From: Candidatus Poribacteria bacterium
GTDB lineage: Bacteria > Poribacteria > WGA-4E > WGA-3G
Assembly (NCBI GenBank): GCA_965205015.1
Contig: OZ242029.1
Coordinates: forward strand, 416,001-480,000
Reading direction: 5' to 3'
DNA length: 64,000 bases
In this document: positions 1 to 9,220 of the stretch, in pieces
Numbering within the stretch: the first letter of the stretch is position 1
How the letters are laid out: every line of letters begins with the position of its first letter
Program-made: the position numbers and the translations under genes
The notes under the pieces: model-generated
Told to the model about the DNA's origin: nothing
Databases searched by the model: none
The model's input: the letters and a program-made list of their open reading frames with translations, nothing else

Positions 1-107
1 AACAACTGACTGTCGACGGCTACCTCTAATGTGCATTTTTTTATCATAGGATGTCCAAAAAATAGGCAATATCCCGCAAAAATTGCCCAAAACACCCCAT
101 TTTGGAT

Positions 108-123
108 TGGCACGGAAATTGCT
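108..123 (+). promoter_or_regulatory. sigma54 (-24/-12) promoter
   Basis: TGGCACGGAAATTGCT matches the TGGCACG-N4-TTGCW consensus exactly. Confidence 0.75.
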
Positions 124-133
124 TATGTTTATG

Positions 134-267
134 TGAGCCTCCTTGGGTACGCCGGAGCCATAATTCCTATAAGGTGTGACTTGCGAGTTCCTGTTGCATG
201 CGTTAGTTCAGTTGAAATCCCTGAAACTCCTGGACCGATTAGGAATGTGGTTTCCGGCTCCTTTTTT
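134..267 (+). ncRNA. candidate structured small RNA or leader downstream of the sigma54 promoter
   Basis: 151-175 (GCCGGAGCCATAATTCCTATAAGGT) pairs imperfectly with 234-258 (ACCGATTAGGAATGTGGTTTCCGGC), followed by TCCTTTTTT; no credible ORF. Confidence 0.4.
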
Positions 268-461
268 ATCTTCCTTCCTCACACAATCATCTTTTTTTTA
301 CTTGGATTCGTAAAAAAATCCACAATTTCAAGCAATTTTTTCATTTTTTTTCCCATTTTGCACCCTTTTTGCCTTAAAATTGTGTCTTTAACAACATCGT
401 CTTGATTTTGCAAGATATGAAGCTCACAAGTTTTCTCTTTAGACGAGAAAGGAGAGAAAAA

Positions 462-1319
462 ATGACACATCGACACATCCTGACATGCCTCTTTTTGCTC
501 GCTTTAATTCCGCTGAGTGCCAAAGCATTCCCACCCGCTTCACCCGCAGGGGGTAACTATTTAATCCTCGATGGGGTGGACGACTATGCGGTTTTAGACT
601 TTAAAACCTTCGGTATCCTCTTACCGAAAGGCACGGACGAATTCACCGTTGAAGCGTGGGTATACCCAACCACACCACTGCCTAACATGGATACACACGC
701 AATGATTCTCAGTCAACAGGTGCGAATGAATGCAGCGGTCGCTGTCGAGGCACGGAGGGACATCAAGAAGGGGGATTTAGTCTTAGCAATGCAAGCACAC
801 ATTACGGTTGTGGGCAGGCTCGCTACGACCCCGTACCATCCCGTAGTACTTGCCCCGAACCAATGGCATCACATCGCTTATCAGGCGGAAGGGAAAGAGA
901 CAGTAACCATCGTTAACGATTTCGTAGGCATCTTACCGCAAAGAACAACACTCGCGCACGATCTCGCAGGATTCAAGCGTCCAAAGGATTTTACACTCGG
1001 AGGATTTGGAAAGAAAGTCAAGTTCCACATCGATCACTTTTGGGGACCTTTTGCGGGATATATTGATGAGGTCCGTATCTCGAGAGTCGCTCGTTACAAG
1101 GTCGGCAAAAAAGGGTTCACGCCGCGCGAAAAGTTCAAGGAGGACCCGAAGACGGTTGCGCTGTGGCATTTTGATGAGCCGCACGGAACACAGACATTTT
1201 CAGATGCCTCGGGACATGCACATCATCTGACGGGTAAAAATGGCGCAAGGACCGGCATCCCACTCGCAGTCGAACCCCACGAAAAACTCACCACAACATG
1301 GGGACGACTTAAGCAATGA
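462..1319 (+). CDS. secreted LamG-like jellyroll protein with TWG C-terminal tail
   Basis: AGGAGA RBS before ATG 462; signal peptide ending AKA; FTVEAWVYP, QWHHIA, GYIDEVRIS, ALWHFDE LamG motifs; ends AVEPHEKLTTTWGRLKQ. Confidence 0.85.
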   Translation: MTHRHILTCLFLLALIPLSAKAFPPASPAGGNYLILDGVDDYAVLDFKTFGILLPKGTDEFTVEAWVYPTTPLPNMDTHAMILSQQVRMNAAVAVEARRDIKKGDLVLAMQAHITVVGRLATTPYHPVVLAPNQWHHIAYQAEGKETVTIVNDFVGILPQRTTLAHDLAGFKRPKDFTLGGFGKKVKFHIDHFWGPFAGYIDEVRISRVARYKVGKKGFTPREKFKEDPKTVALWHFDEPHGTQTFSDASGHAHHLTGKNGARTGIPLAVEPHEKLTTTWGRLKQ

Positions 1320-1364
1320 AATCTCGAAAAAAGCTTTCGTTATGGGTGTATAGGAGGAAGTCTC

Positions 1365-4256
1365 GTGGAAGTAAAAGAAGATGTTCAGTTGATTCACGAC
1401 ATTTTATCAGGCAACGATGATGCCTTCAGCACGTTAGTGCAAAAATATCAGAAGAGTGTTCACGCGCTCGCTTGGCGAAAGATTAGCGATTTTCACTATG
1501 CTGAAGAGATTACGCAGGACACCTTCCTCCAGGCATACAAAAAACTCTCGACCCTCAAAAATCCGCATCATTTTGCTGGGTGGCTGTATGTCATTGCAAA
1601 TCGGCTTTGCATTAACTGGCTCCAAAGGCACAAATCGGCGATGCAATCGCTTGAGGGTACGCCAGTGCGGGAAATCAATCAACTCACTTATGAACGTTAC
1701 ATCTCCGAGGCGCGCGAATCGGAAGCGACCGAACGCCGGTATGAAATCGTCGAAAAACTTCTCGAAAAACTCCCAGAAAGTGAGCGCACAGTGATGACGC
1801 TCTATTACCTCGGTGAGATGACGGCGAAAGAGATAGGCAACTTCTTAGGGGTGTCAGTGAATACGATTAAAAGCCGGCTTCGGCGAGGGCGAGAACGTCT
1901 ACAAGAAGATCAGGAACTCTTAATTCAAGAGGTCTTCAGTGGCGTCCAAATATCGACGGGTCTGAGCCAGAACATCATGCGGCAAGTCGCTGACTTGAAA
2001 CCCACACCCCCGCCGGCTACGAAACCCTTGATTCCATGGCTGGCTTTGGGAACGGCTGCGGTTTTGGTGCTGTTGCTGGTGGGTGCAAGCGATCGATACC
2101 TCACCCGCTTTCAGAAGCCTTATAGTCTCGATGCGGCATCTGAACCGACAATTGAAATCGTTGATGCCCCTATCGTCCTTGATATTGATGTGAAACCGGA
2201 TGTGCGACATCAAGTTGGACGGATTGTATCCAGAAATAAAAATGGCGACACAGGTTTGCAGGCTTCTGAGAGGATCCGAACATCTAATGCCCAAGCGGGT
2301 TCTTCCAAGTTTTCTATTTCACAGTGGACCCAGACAAATGGACCACCGGCGGGTTACATCCGCAATATCTTCGCTACGCCGGAGGAGGCTGTTTATGCTG
2401 TTGCATCGTCAGGACTATACAGATTAACAGAAGACGCGAGCGCTTGGACACACATCGACGGGAGTGTTCCAATTGACAAATCTCTAATGCCGATGGCAGC
2501 TCACGACGGGAACCTTTATATCGTTTCCGCTGACGAGGTATTCACCTCGACGGATCGGGGTGAAACATGGAATACACTCGGTCCTCGACCGAAAGGGGAG
2601 GCTGTCGGAATTCTCATGACGGATGAGGCACAACCCCGCATTACAATGTACCTCGCCCTGAAAGATGAAGGGGTTTTCCGATCAACAGACGGTGGAACGC
2701 ACTGGCAGCCGCTGCGAGATGGATTAACAAGCAAAAAAATCTCCGCAATTGCCGCTGTTGACAACACAGTGTTTGCTGGAACAGAGAACGGACTCTACCG
2801 TCTTGATTCGGGCATCTGGAATAAGTTGCCCGTGGAGACATCACGAGCCGTCTGTTCCTTGACAGTATCTGGAAATAACCTTTATGTTGGAACGGGTTCC
2901 GATCTATTGGTGACATTAACGCCAACAGAAATATATCAAGTCCATCGGGAGACACGGAACACATGGAATCACTGGAATAACAGGTCGTACCCCGTCAAGA
3001 TTTTCCATTCATCTGACTTGGGAGCCTCGTGGACTGAAATAATGGACGGAAGTGAATACAATTATGAGGGTTCACCATCGGGTATAACAGTTTTAGCCGT
3101 AGGTGAAACGCTCTTGGCATTAGGGGTGTATCAATCCCGTTCAGCAGATGGTGGTAAAACGTGGACCAAACTTGGATGGGACGCGAGTTGGTTGAGGTAC
3201 AGTAGCCGCCCCGCTGTAATGGTGAACGAGAGCACGTTTTACAAAACCAGAGGATTCGGGCTTCACCGCACAACAGATGGCGGCGACTCATGGCACCTCT
3301 TTTTGAACGGAATGACAGGAACACTTCTAATTGATTTGGTTGCGTTTAACAACAGGTTATACGCACATTCCGGCTACGAAGTCTATCAATCCTCCGATGC
3401 CGGAGAGTCTTGGAAAAAAGTTCCCGTTGAGGGACAGGAAACCGCTCTCAACCCGAGAATCAAAATCGCTTCTGAGTCAAAGTTCGTGGTTACCGACAAT
3501 ACGCTTTACCTTCTTTCATCTGAAGCAGAAGACTTCCAAATTTTCCGTTTATCCACAGATGGCGATACGCTCATTCCAGTTCAAGGCGTCCCCATTTTTG
3601 ACCGTCAATCCATTTCTTTTGCCATAGCGCGTCTGCAAACGGAAACGGCTACCGCCAGCCGCGATGCGTTCTATGTGGAATACCAAAGAAAACTTTTCAA
3701 ATGGAAACTGGGGGATCCGACGTGGATAAACACGGGATTGGTAGATACAAGTCAAGTGTCCTATAGCGATTACAGAGGTGGATTCAAAATAGCGGTTTCC
3801 GATGAAACCGTCTACGTCGGTCAACGGGACGGACATCTGTTTCAGTCGCTTGATGAAGGGAAAAGTTGGAAAGACATTACATCGAGTTTGCCGCTTCGCT
3901 TCACCCGTTTCAAAGAGGTAACCTTTGTCGGGCAAACGATCTACGTCGCAACAGACAAAGGCACCTTGGTTTCACAGACTGGGGACCACTGGAGCGTTCT
4001 AACCGATGGGGCTGACAGGCGTCCTATCGTAGACAGATTTGCTACAGATGGCACCAAAGTCTACGGCATCGGTGAAGCAGGGGTCTATCATTTAGATGCC
4101 AGTGGCCAATGGACACAGATTTCGTCAAATGTTCCCGATAAAATTCTCTCCCTCGTCGTCAATAATAACAGGCTTTATAGTGTTACGCAACAAGCTGGGA
4201 TGTTTCATATCCCGCTTGAGGCGGATACCATTGCAGAGAGTAGTTCTCGGTATTGA
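1365..4256 (+). CDS. ECF sigma factor fused to a transmembrane helix and a BNR/Asp-box beta-propeller
   Basis: AGGAGG RBS; region 2 (AEEITQDTFLQAY, FAGWLYVIANR) and region 4 (EIGNFLGVSVNTIKSRLRRGR); TM LIPWLALGTAAVLVLLLVGA; seven [ST]xDxGxxW boxes. Confidence 0.9.
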   Translation: MEVKEDVQLIHDILSGNDDAFSTLVQKYQKSVHALAWRKISDFHYAEEITQDTFLQAYKKLSTLKNPHHFAGWLYVIANRLCINWLQRHKSAMQSLEGTPVREINQLTYERYISEARESEATERRYEIVEKLLEKLPESERTVMTLYYLGEMTAKEIGNFLGVSVNTIKSRLRRGRERLQEDQELLIQEVFSGVQISTGLSQNIMRQVADLKPTPPPATKPLIPWLALGTAAVLVLLLVGASDRYLTRFQKPYSLDAASEPTIEIVDAPIVLDIDVKPDVRHQVGRIVSRNKNGDTGLQASERIRTSNAQAGSSKFSISQWTQTNGPPAGYIRNIFATPEEAVYAVASSGLYRLTEDASAWTHIDGSVPIDKSLMPMAAHDGNLYIVSADEVFTSTDRGETWNTLGPRPKGEAVGILMTDEAQPRITMYLALKDEGVFRSTDGGTHWQPLRDGLTSKKISAIAAVDNTVFAGTENGLYRLDSGIWNKLPVETSRAVCSLTVSGNNLYVGTGSDLLVTLTPTEIYQVHRETRNTWNHWNNRSYPVKIFHSSDLGASWTEIMDGSEYNYEGSPSGITVLAVGETLLALGVYQSRSADGGKTWTKLGWDASWLRYSSRPAVMVNESTFYKTRGFGLHRTTDGGDSWHLFLNGMTGTLLIDLVAFNNRLYAHSGYEVYQSSDAGESWKKVPVEGQETALNPRIKIASESKFVVTDNTLYLLSSEAEDFQIFRLSTDGDTLIPVQGVPIFDRQSISFAIARLQTETATASRDAFYVEYQRKLFKWKLGDPTWINTGLVDTSQVSYSDYRGGFKIAVSDETVYVGQRDGHLFQSLDEGKSWKDITSSLPLRFTRFKEVTFVGQTIYVATDKGTLVSQTGDHWSVLTDGADRRPIVDRFATDGTKVYGIGEAGVYHLDASGQWTQISSNVPDKILSLVVNNNRLYSVTQQAGMFHIPLEADTIAESSSRY

Positions 4257-4283
4257 AATGCATTCTACAAATGGAGGCAAACC

Positions 4284-5402
4284 ATGAAAACCTATTTGAC
4301 TTTTGGAATCCTAATTCTGTGCGCCTTGTTAGTTATCAACGTTGCCAATCTTGGTGCCGAAGAGAATTGGACGCAGAAAGCAGATATGCCGACACAACGC
4401 TCCAGTTTTGATACCTGTATTGTGAATGAAAAGATATACGCAATCGGGGGCGGGATTGAGGGATTTGGAAACTTATCCGTCTCAACGGTAGAGATGTACG
4501 ATCCGACAACCGATACATGGGAACGAAAGGCGGATATGCCGACCGCCCGTTCTAATGCGTCTGTCTCGGTTGTAGACGGAAAAATATATGCGATTGGTGG
4601 AACGGAACTGAAGAGGTTTGAGATGGATGTCCTTATTCAGGGTGAGTTTAGAAAGGTTAAACAGTGGGAGCCCAAAGAACTTCCAACCGTGGAAATGTAT
4701 GATCCAACGACCGACACATGGATGCAGAAAGCAGACATGCCGACACCCAGAAATACTGGCACTTGTGTCGTGGACGGAAAAATATATGCTATCGGTGGAA
4801 TAGCGTTTAATAATGTTAAGAAGAAAAAACCGTGGCGTTTAGATACCGTGGAAGTCTATGATCCAGCAACAGACACATGGGCGAAAGGAAAGAAAATGAA
4901 CCATGCTCGCGATGGTGCCGCAATCAGTGTAGTAGATGGAAAGATCTACGTCATGGGCGGAACGGGTTGGCCCCAACTTCCAAATCGTCCAGGTCCCTAT
5001 CTCTCCAGCATTGAAGTGTTTAATCCAAAAACGAATCAATGGCGTGACATTGGGGAAATGTCTGAGCCAAAATCAGGTCATTCAGCAAGTGTCATCAACG
5101 GAAAAATTTACGTGATAGGCGGTTTTTTCCGAGGCAATGGGTTAGATACGAAATATTTTAAAACAATCGAAATCTATCACCCTGAAACCGGTCGCTGGAC
5201 ACAGAAACCCGACATGCCGGTTGGCAAATCAGGACATGCGGCTGAAGCCATAAATGGGAAAATCTATATCCTTACCGGAGCAGACCCTGATGAGGTTCCA
5301 TTTGCCACCGTTGAAGTCTATGCCCCAGAAGGGTTCCCTCAGAGCGTCGATCCAACCGGGAAACTTTTCAAAACATGGGGTACCCTTAAGAACATACAGT
5401 AA
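4284..5402 (+). CDS. secreted Kelch-repeat beta-propeller with TWG tail
   Basis: signal peptide; six GKIYAIGG...VEMYDP..DTW repeats; ends SVDPTGKLFKTWGTLKNIQ. Confidence 0.9.
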   Translation: MKTYLTFGILILCALLVINVANLGAEENWTQKADMPTQRSSFDTCIVNEKIYAIGGGIEGFGNLSVSTVEMYDPTTDTWERKADMPTARSNASVSVVDGKIYAIGGTELKRFEMDVLIQGEFRKVKQWEPKELPTVEMYDPTTDTWMQKADMPTPRNTGTCVVDGKIYAIGGIAFNNVKKKKPWRLDTVEVYDPATDTWAKGKKMNHARDGAAISVVDGKIYVMGGTGWPQLPNRPGPYLSSIEVFNPKTNQWRDIGEMSEPKSGHSASVINGKIYVIGGFFRGNGLDTKYFKTIEIYHPETGRWTQKPDMPVGKSGHAAEAINGKIYILTGADPDEVPFATVEVYAPEGFPQSVDPTGKLFKTWGTLKNIQ

Positions 5403-5488
5403 CAGGAAAACTATCTACACACCGCGATGAAATCAAAGCAGAACATTATAACTCACCTTAACATCGGTTCGTTAAGAAGGAGAAATCA

Positions 5489-6634
5489 ATGAGGTTCAAA
5501 ACGTTTCAGTATCTACGATGGGTTGTTGGTTTCGCTGCTGTTGTTCTATTTCATGTAGCCACGGAGAACACTGATGCGGAAAAATGGAAGGTCATCTCCC
5601 AACTTCCAACAGAGAGAACGGGTTTCGCGACCGCAGTCGTTGATAGTAAGATTTATCTTTTCGGTGGCACACTCTTTGAACATGAGCGGGGGGTTCGGCG
5701 TGAAAATGAACCTGGTATTTGGCGGGGTCCTTTTGGGATGTCCTTGGTGGAAGTCTATGATCCACAAACCAACGCTTGGCAGAGACTCGCAGATATGCCG
5801 ACTGCTCGATCCGAACCTCTGACAGCCGTCGTTGATGGCAAGATTTATGTTTTGGCAGGATACGTCGGGAAAGACAACAAGGGAGTGAATCTCAAAAATC
5901 TGAAAGCCGTCGAGATGTACGATCCACAAACCGACATGTGGGTCAAAAAACAGGACATGCCTACCCCCCGCATAGACTTCGGCACTGGTGTAGTGGCTGG
6001 CAAAATTTATGCCATTGGCGGACGTGTCTACTGGAGGGATAGAAAACCTGGGAGTCCAGGACGCATTGATCTCGTGGAAGTCTACGACCCTGCCAGCGAT
6101 ACGTGGACAAAGCGCGCGAAAATGCCAACCAAACGCAATGGCTTCGGAACAGGGGTTGTCAACGATCAGATTTATGCTATCGGGGGGACTGGCTGGCCCC
6201 AAGTAGGCAATCACGGGGGTCCCTATCTTGGAACGATTGAGGTCTATGAACCGAGAATCAACCGATGGACGAAGAGGGCTGACATGCCAAATCCGAGAAC
6301 CGTATTTTCGACAGTTGTTATTTCCGATAAAATCTATCTGATCGGCGGTTCCGATGTGCAAGCGGGGGGTGCTGCGGTGGGTGAGTGGCTTGCCAGCATC
6401 GAAGTGTATGATCCAGCTACCGAGAAATGGCGTGTGGTTTCTGCGGGACCAATCGTAAAGTCGCCATTTGGTGTAACGGCGGTTAATGGTAAGATTTATA
6501 CCTTCGGTGGTTACACAGCAGATTGGGAACTTTCTCCAATCGTCGAAGTCTTTGATACCGGTTTTCGTAATGTCGAGGCGCGTGGAAAACTTCCGACGCG
6601 CTGGGGTGAACTCAAAGCAACACGCCAAAACTAA
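5489..6634 (+). CDS. secreted Kelch-repeat beta-propeller with TWG-like tail
   Basis: AAGGAG RBS; signal-like N-terminus; Kelch repeats; ends NVEARGKLPTRWGELKATRQN. Confidence 0.9.
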   Translation: MRFKTFQYLRWVVGFAAVVLFHVATENTDAEKWKVISQLPTERTGFATAVVDSKIYLFGGTLFEHERGVRRENEPGIWRGPFGMSLVEVYDPQTNAWQRLADMPTARSEPLTAVVDGKIYVLAGYVGKDNKGVNLKNLKAVEMYDPQTDMWVKKQDMPTPRIDFGTGVVAGKIYAIGGRVYWRDRKPGSPGRIDLVEVYDPASDTWTKRAKMPTKRNGFGTGVVNDQIYAIGGTGWPQVGNHGGPYLGTIEVYEPRINRWTKRADMPNPRTVFSTVVISDKIYLIGGSDVQAGGAAVGEWLASIEVYDPATEKWRVVSAGPIVKSPFGVTAVNGKIYTFGGYTADWELSPIVEVFDTGFRNVEARGKLPTRWGELKATRQN

Positions 6635-6696
6635 TCTTAACAGCGGTTCGTATTAATAGAAGGGATATGCAATGCGCAAATACCAAACTTACTGAG

Positions 6697-6824
6697 TGTT
6701 CCCGATAAAACCGTTTCTTTCGTCGTCAATAAAAAAGCCTTTACATTGCTACATGAGTGCGCGGGATGTTCCATATCCCGCCTGAGACGGAATTGTGAAT
6801 TTTACTATAGAATGGAGGCAAACC
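6697..6824 (+). pseudogene. degenerate copy of the 3' end of the ECF-propeller gene and its downstream spacer
   Basis: TGTTCCCGATAAAA..TCGTCGTCAATAA..GGGATGTTCCATATCCCGCCTGAG..AATGGAGGCAAACC aligns to 4130-4283. Confidence 0.8.
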
Positions 6825-7901
6825 ATGAAAACTTACTTGACCTGCGGAATCCTAATTCTGTGTGCCCTGTTAGTTATCAATGTTGTTAATCTGGTTGCCG
6901 CCGAAGAAAATTGGACGCAGAAAGCAGATATGCCGACACAGCGATCTGATTTTGCTACCTGCATTGTCAATGGAAAAATATACGCTATTGGAGGTGAAGT
7001 TGACAAATTCGGGGACGTATCCATTGCAACAGTAGAGATGTACGACCCGAAAACTGATACATGGACGCAGAAGGCAGATATGCCCACAGCCAGAAGTACC
7101 AGTACCTCCGTCGTCGATGGAAAAATCTACGCCATTGGTGGAGGAAAAACACACAAACGTCGGATTGGTCCCGGTTGGGGATGGGAAACTATAATACTCC
7201 CAACTGTGGAAATGTATGATCCGATTACGGACACGTGGACCCCGAAAGCAGACATGCCTGCGCCAAGAAGTGCCGATACCTGCGTCGTGGGCGGAAAAAT
7301 ATACCTTATCGGTGGCGCGAATAAAAAACAGCATCGATCAGAAATCGTAGATGTGTATGACCCTGCAACTGATACATGGGCAAGAGCCAAAAGCATGAAC
7401 CACGCGCGCTCCGGTGCGGCAATTAGTGTTATGGATGGAAAGATTTACGTCATGGGCGGCACAGGGTGGCCCCAGATTCCATTCCACCCAGGTCCCTTTC
7501 TCTCCAGCATAGAGGTGTATAACCCAAAAACAAATCAATGGCGCGAAATAGGAGATATGCCTGCCGCAAAATCGAGCCATACAGCAAGTGTCATCAATGG
7601 AAAAATTTATGTGATAGGTGGTTTTTTTCGAGGCAATGGGTTAGATCGAAGATATTTTAAAACAATCGAAATCTATCACCCTGAAACCGGTCGCTGGACA
7701 CAGAAACCCGACATGCCGGTCGGCAAATCAGGACATGCGGCTGAAGTCATAAACGGGAAAATTTATATCCTTACCGAAGCAGATCCTGATGATGCCCCGT
7801 TTGCAACCGTTGAAGTCTATGCCCCAGAAGGGTTCCCTCAGAGCGTCGATCCAACCGGGAAACTTTTCAAAACATGGGGTACCCTTAAGAACATACAGTA
7901 A
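6825..7901 (+). CDS. secreted Kelch-repeat protein, close paralog of 4284-5402
   Basis: GGAGG RBS, ATG 6825; near-identical N- and C-termini to 4284-5402; same tail SVDPTGKLFKTWGTLKNIQ. Confidence 0.9.
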   Translation: MKTYLTCGILILCALLVINVVNLVAAEENWTQKADMPTQRSDFATCIVNGKIYAIGGEVDKFGDVSIATVEMYDPKTDTWTQKADMPTARSTSTSVVDGKIYAIGGGKTHKRRIGPGWGWETIILPTVEMYDPITDTWTPKADMPAPRSADTCVVGGKIYLIGGANKKQHRSEIVDVYDPATDTWARAKSMNHARSGAAISVMDGKIYVMGGTGWPQIPFHPGPFLSSIEVYNPKTNQWREIGDMPAAKSSHTASVINGKIYVIGGFFRGNGLDRRYFKTIEIYHPETGRWTQKPDMPVGKSGHAAEVINGKIYILTEADPDDAPFATVEVYAPEGFPQSVDPTGKLFKTWGTLKNIQ

Positions 7902-7906
7902 CAGGT

Positions 7907-7972
7907 GAAGCGGTCGGGAAACTCTCCACACGTTGGGGTGCGTTGAAAATGAAGCACCAAAACCAACCTTAA
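7907..7972 (+). pseudogene. orphan TWG-tail relic of a deleted Kelch gene
   Basis: translates EAVGKLSTRWGALKMKHQNQP*, compare EARGKLPTRWGELKATRQN* of 5489-6634; no gene body upstream. Confidence 0.8.
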
Positions 7973-8076
7973 TGCCTTGAAAGATGCCCAACTACCAGAA
8001 TTTGTCCTTCGATCCTCTTCTACTTTCCCGTCGTTATACCATCTACAAAATATTTACACACCCCGAGAGAGATTAG

Positions 8077-8085
8077 TGCTATAAT
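8077..8085 (+). promoter_or_regulatory. extended -10 promoter
   Basis: TGCTATAAT upstream of the TolB-like gene trio. Confidence 0.5.
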
Positions 8086-8090
8086 AAAGG

Positions 8091-8183
8091 GCGGATCGGT
8101 TTGATCCAATCATTGCCTTACCAGTTTCACCGCAGCCACAATCACTAACAACGACATGCGGAGAAATAGAGACAGAAAACTGA
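8091..8183 (+). pseudogene. orphan C-terminal relic of a TolB-like gene
   Basis: translates ADRFDPIIALPVSPQPQSLTTTCGEIETEN*, compare ADWFDPIVALSVSPQPQLLTTTWGKVKREN*; the following spacer resembles 9196-9220. Confidence 0.85.
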
Positions 8184-8208
8184 AGTCAGCGTTTTGAAGG
8201 AGTCGATA

Positions 8209-9195
8209 ATGCGAGAAAAGGGTCTACTTGTTTTATGTATGCTAAATGTAGTCGCATTGTGCGCAGGCGTTTGTCCCGTTTTCGCTAAGGCACCCAACAC
8301 AGCAAAAATAGTGTATTCCTCAACCCGCGACGGGAATTGGGAAATCTATACTATGAACACAGACGGCAGTCAGCAAGTGAGATTAACACAAAATTTTGCA
8401 GAGGATTTTACCCCTGTTTGGTCACCTACTGGCGAGGAGATACTTTTTCTATCGGATCGGGACGGAGTTCCTGACCTATACCTGATGGATGCCGATGGGA
8501 AAAATGTTCGACGGGTGTTTAAGAAATCTGCACGTAGAGAACACCCGACCTGGTCACCCGACGGCAAGCAGATTGCTTATGTCCGCAAGTGGTTTATCTA
8601 TATCGCTACACTTGGGAAACAAGAAGAACACCAATTGGTAAACGGCTTCGATCCGACATGGTCACCCGATGGTACCGAGATAGCCTTTGCGAGAGGGGCT
8701 TTCGGAAGCCATCGGTTGACCCTCGTCAACGTTCGGACGGGAAGGCAAAAGCAGGTACTCCCAGAGAATACACTGTCATGGCAGCATTTGCCAGCGTGGT
8801 CTGTGACAGGCGAGCAAATTGCCTTTTCTTGGTTGAATCACGTTCTGCCGAACGGTAAACTTTTTGACCTTGTTGATAAAGAGACCATCTATATTGTGAA
8901 TCGCGACGGTACTGGACTTGCACAAATTGTCTCTGAAGCGGGCAAAGCAGCGATGGATCCCGTTTGGGATCCACGAGGTAATAGCGTTGTTTATGAGCAA
9001 GAAATTGACAATTATTTCCAACTTTTTAAAATTAATCTGGCGAGTCGTGTCCGAACACAACTTACACATATTGCAGTAGGTCCCGGTCGGGGGAATGCAG
9101 ACGCAGACTGGTTTGATCCTATTGTTGCCTTGTCCGTTTCACCGCAACCACAATTGCTAACAACGACGTGGGGAAAAGTAAAGAGAGAAAACTGA
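8209..9195 (+). CDS. secreted TolB-like (PD40) beta-propeller with TWG tail
   Basis: AAGGAG RBS; signal peptide ending VFA; PxWSPDG repeats; ends VSPQPQLLTTTWGKVKREN. Confidence 0.9.
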   Translation: MREKGLLVLCMLNVVALCAGVCPVFAKAPNTAKIVYSSTRDGNWEIYTMNTDGSQQVRLTQNFAEDFTPVWSPTGEEILFLSDRDGVPDLYLMDADGKNVRRVFKKSARREHPTWSPDGKQIAYVRKWFIYIATLGKQEEHQLVNGFDPTWSPDGTEIAFARGAFGSHRLTLVNVRTGRQKQVLPENTLSWQHLPAWSVTGEQIAFSWLNHVLPNGKLFDLVDKETIYIVNRDGTGLAQIVSEAGKAAMDPVWDPRGNSVVYEQEIDNYFQLFKINLASRVRTQLTHIAVGPGRGNADADWFDPIVALSVSPQPQLLTTTWGKVKREN

Positions 9196-9220
9196 AGTTG
9201 ATCTTTTAAGGGAGTCGATA

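Noticed and set aside
31-405. 124-aa ORF at the window start
   Set aside because: Low-complexity Phe-rich translation overlapping a promoter and T tracts; no RBS.
5546-6628. 360-aa minus-strand ORF
   Set aside because: Antisense shadow of the Kelch gene.
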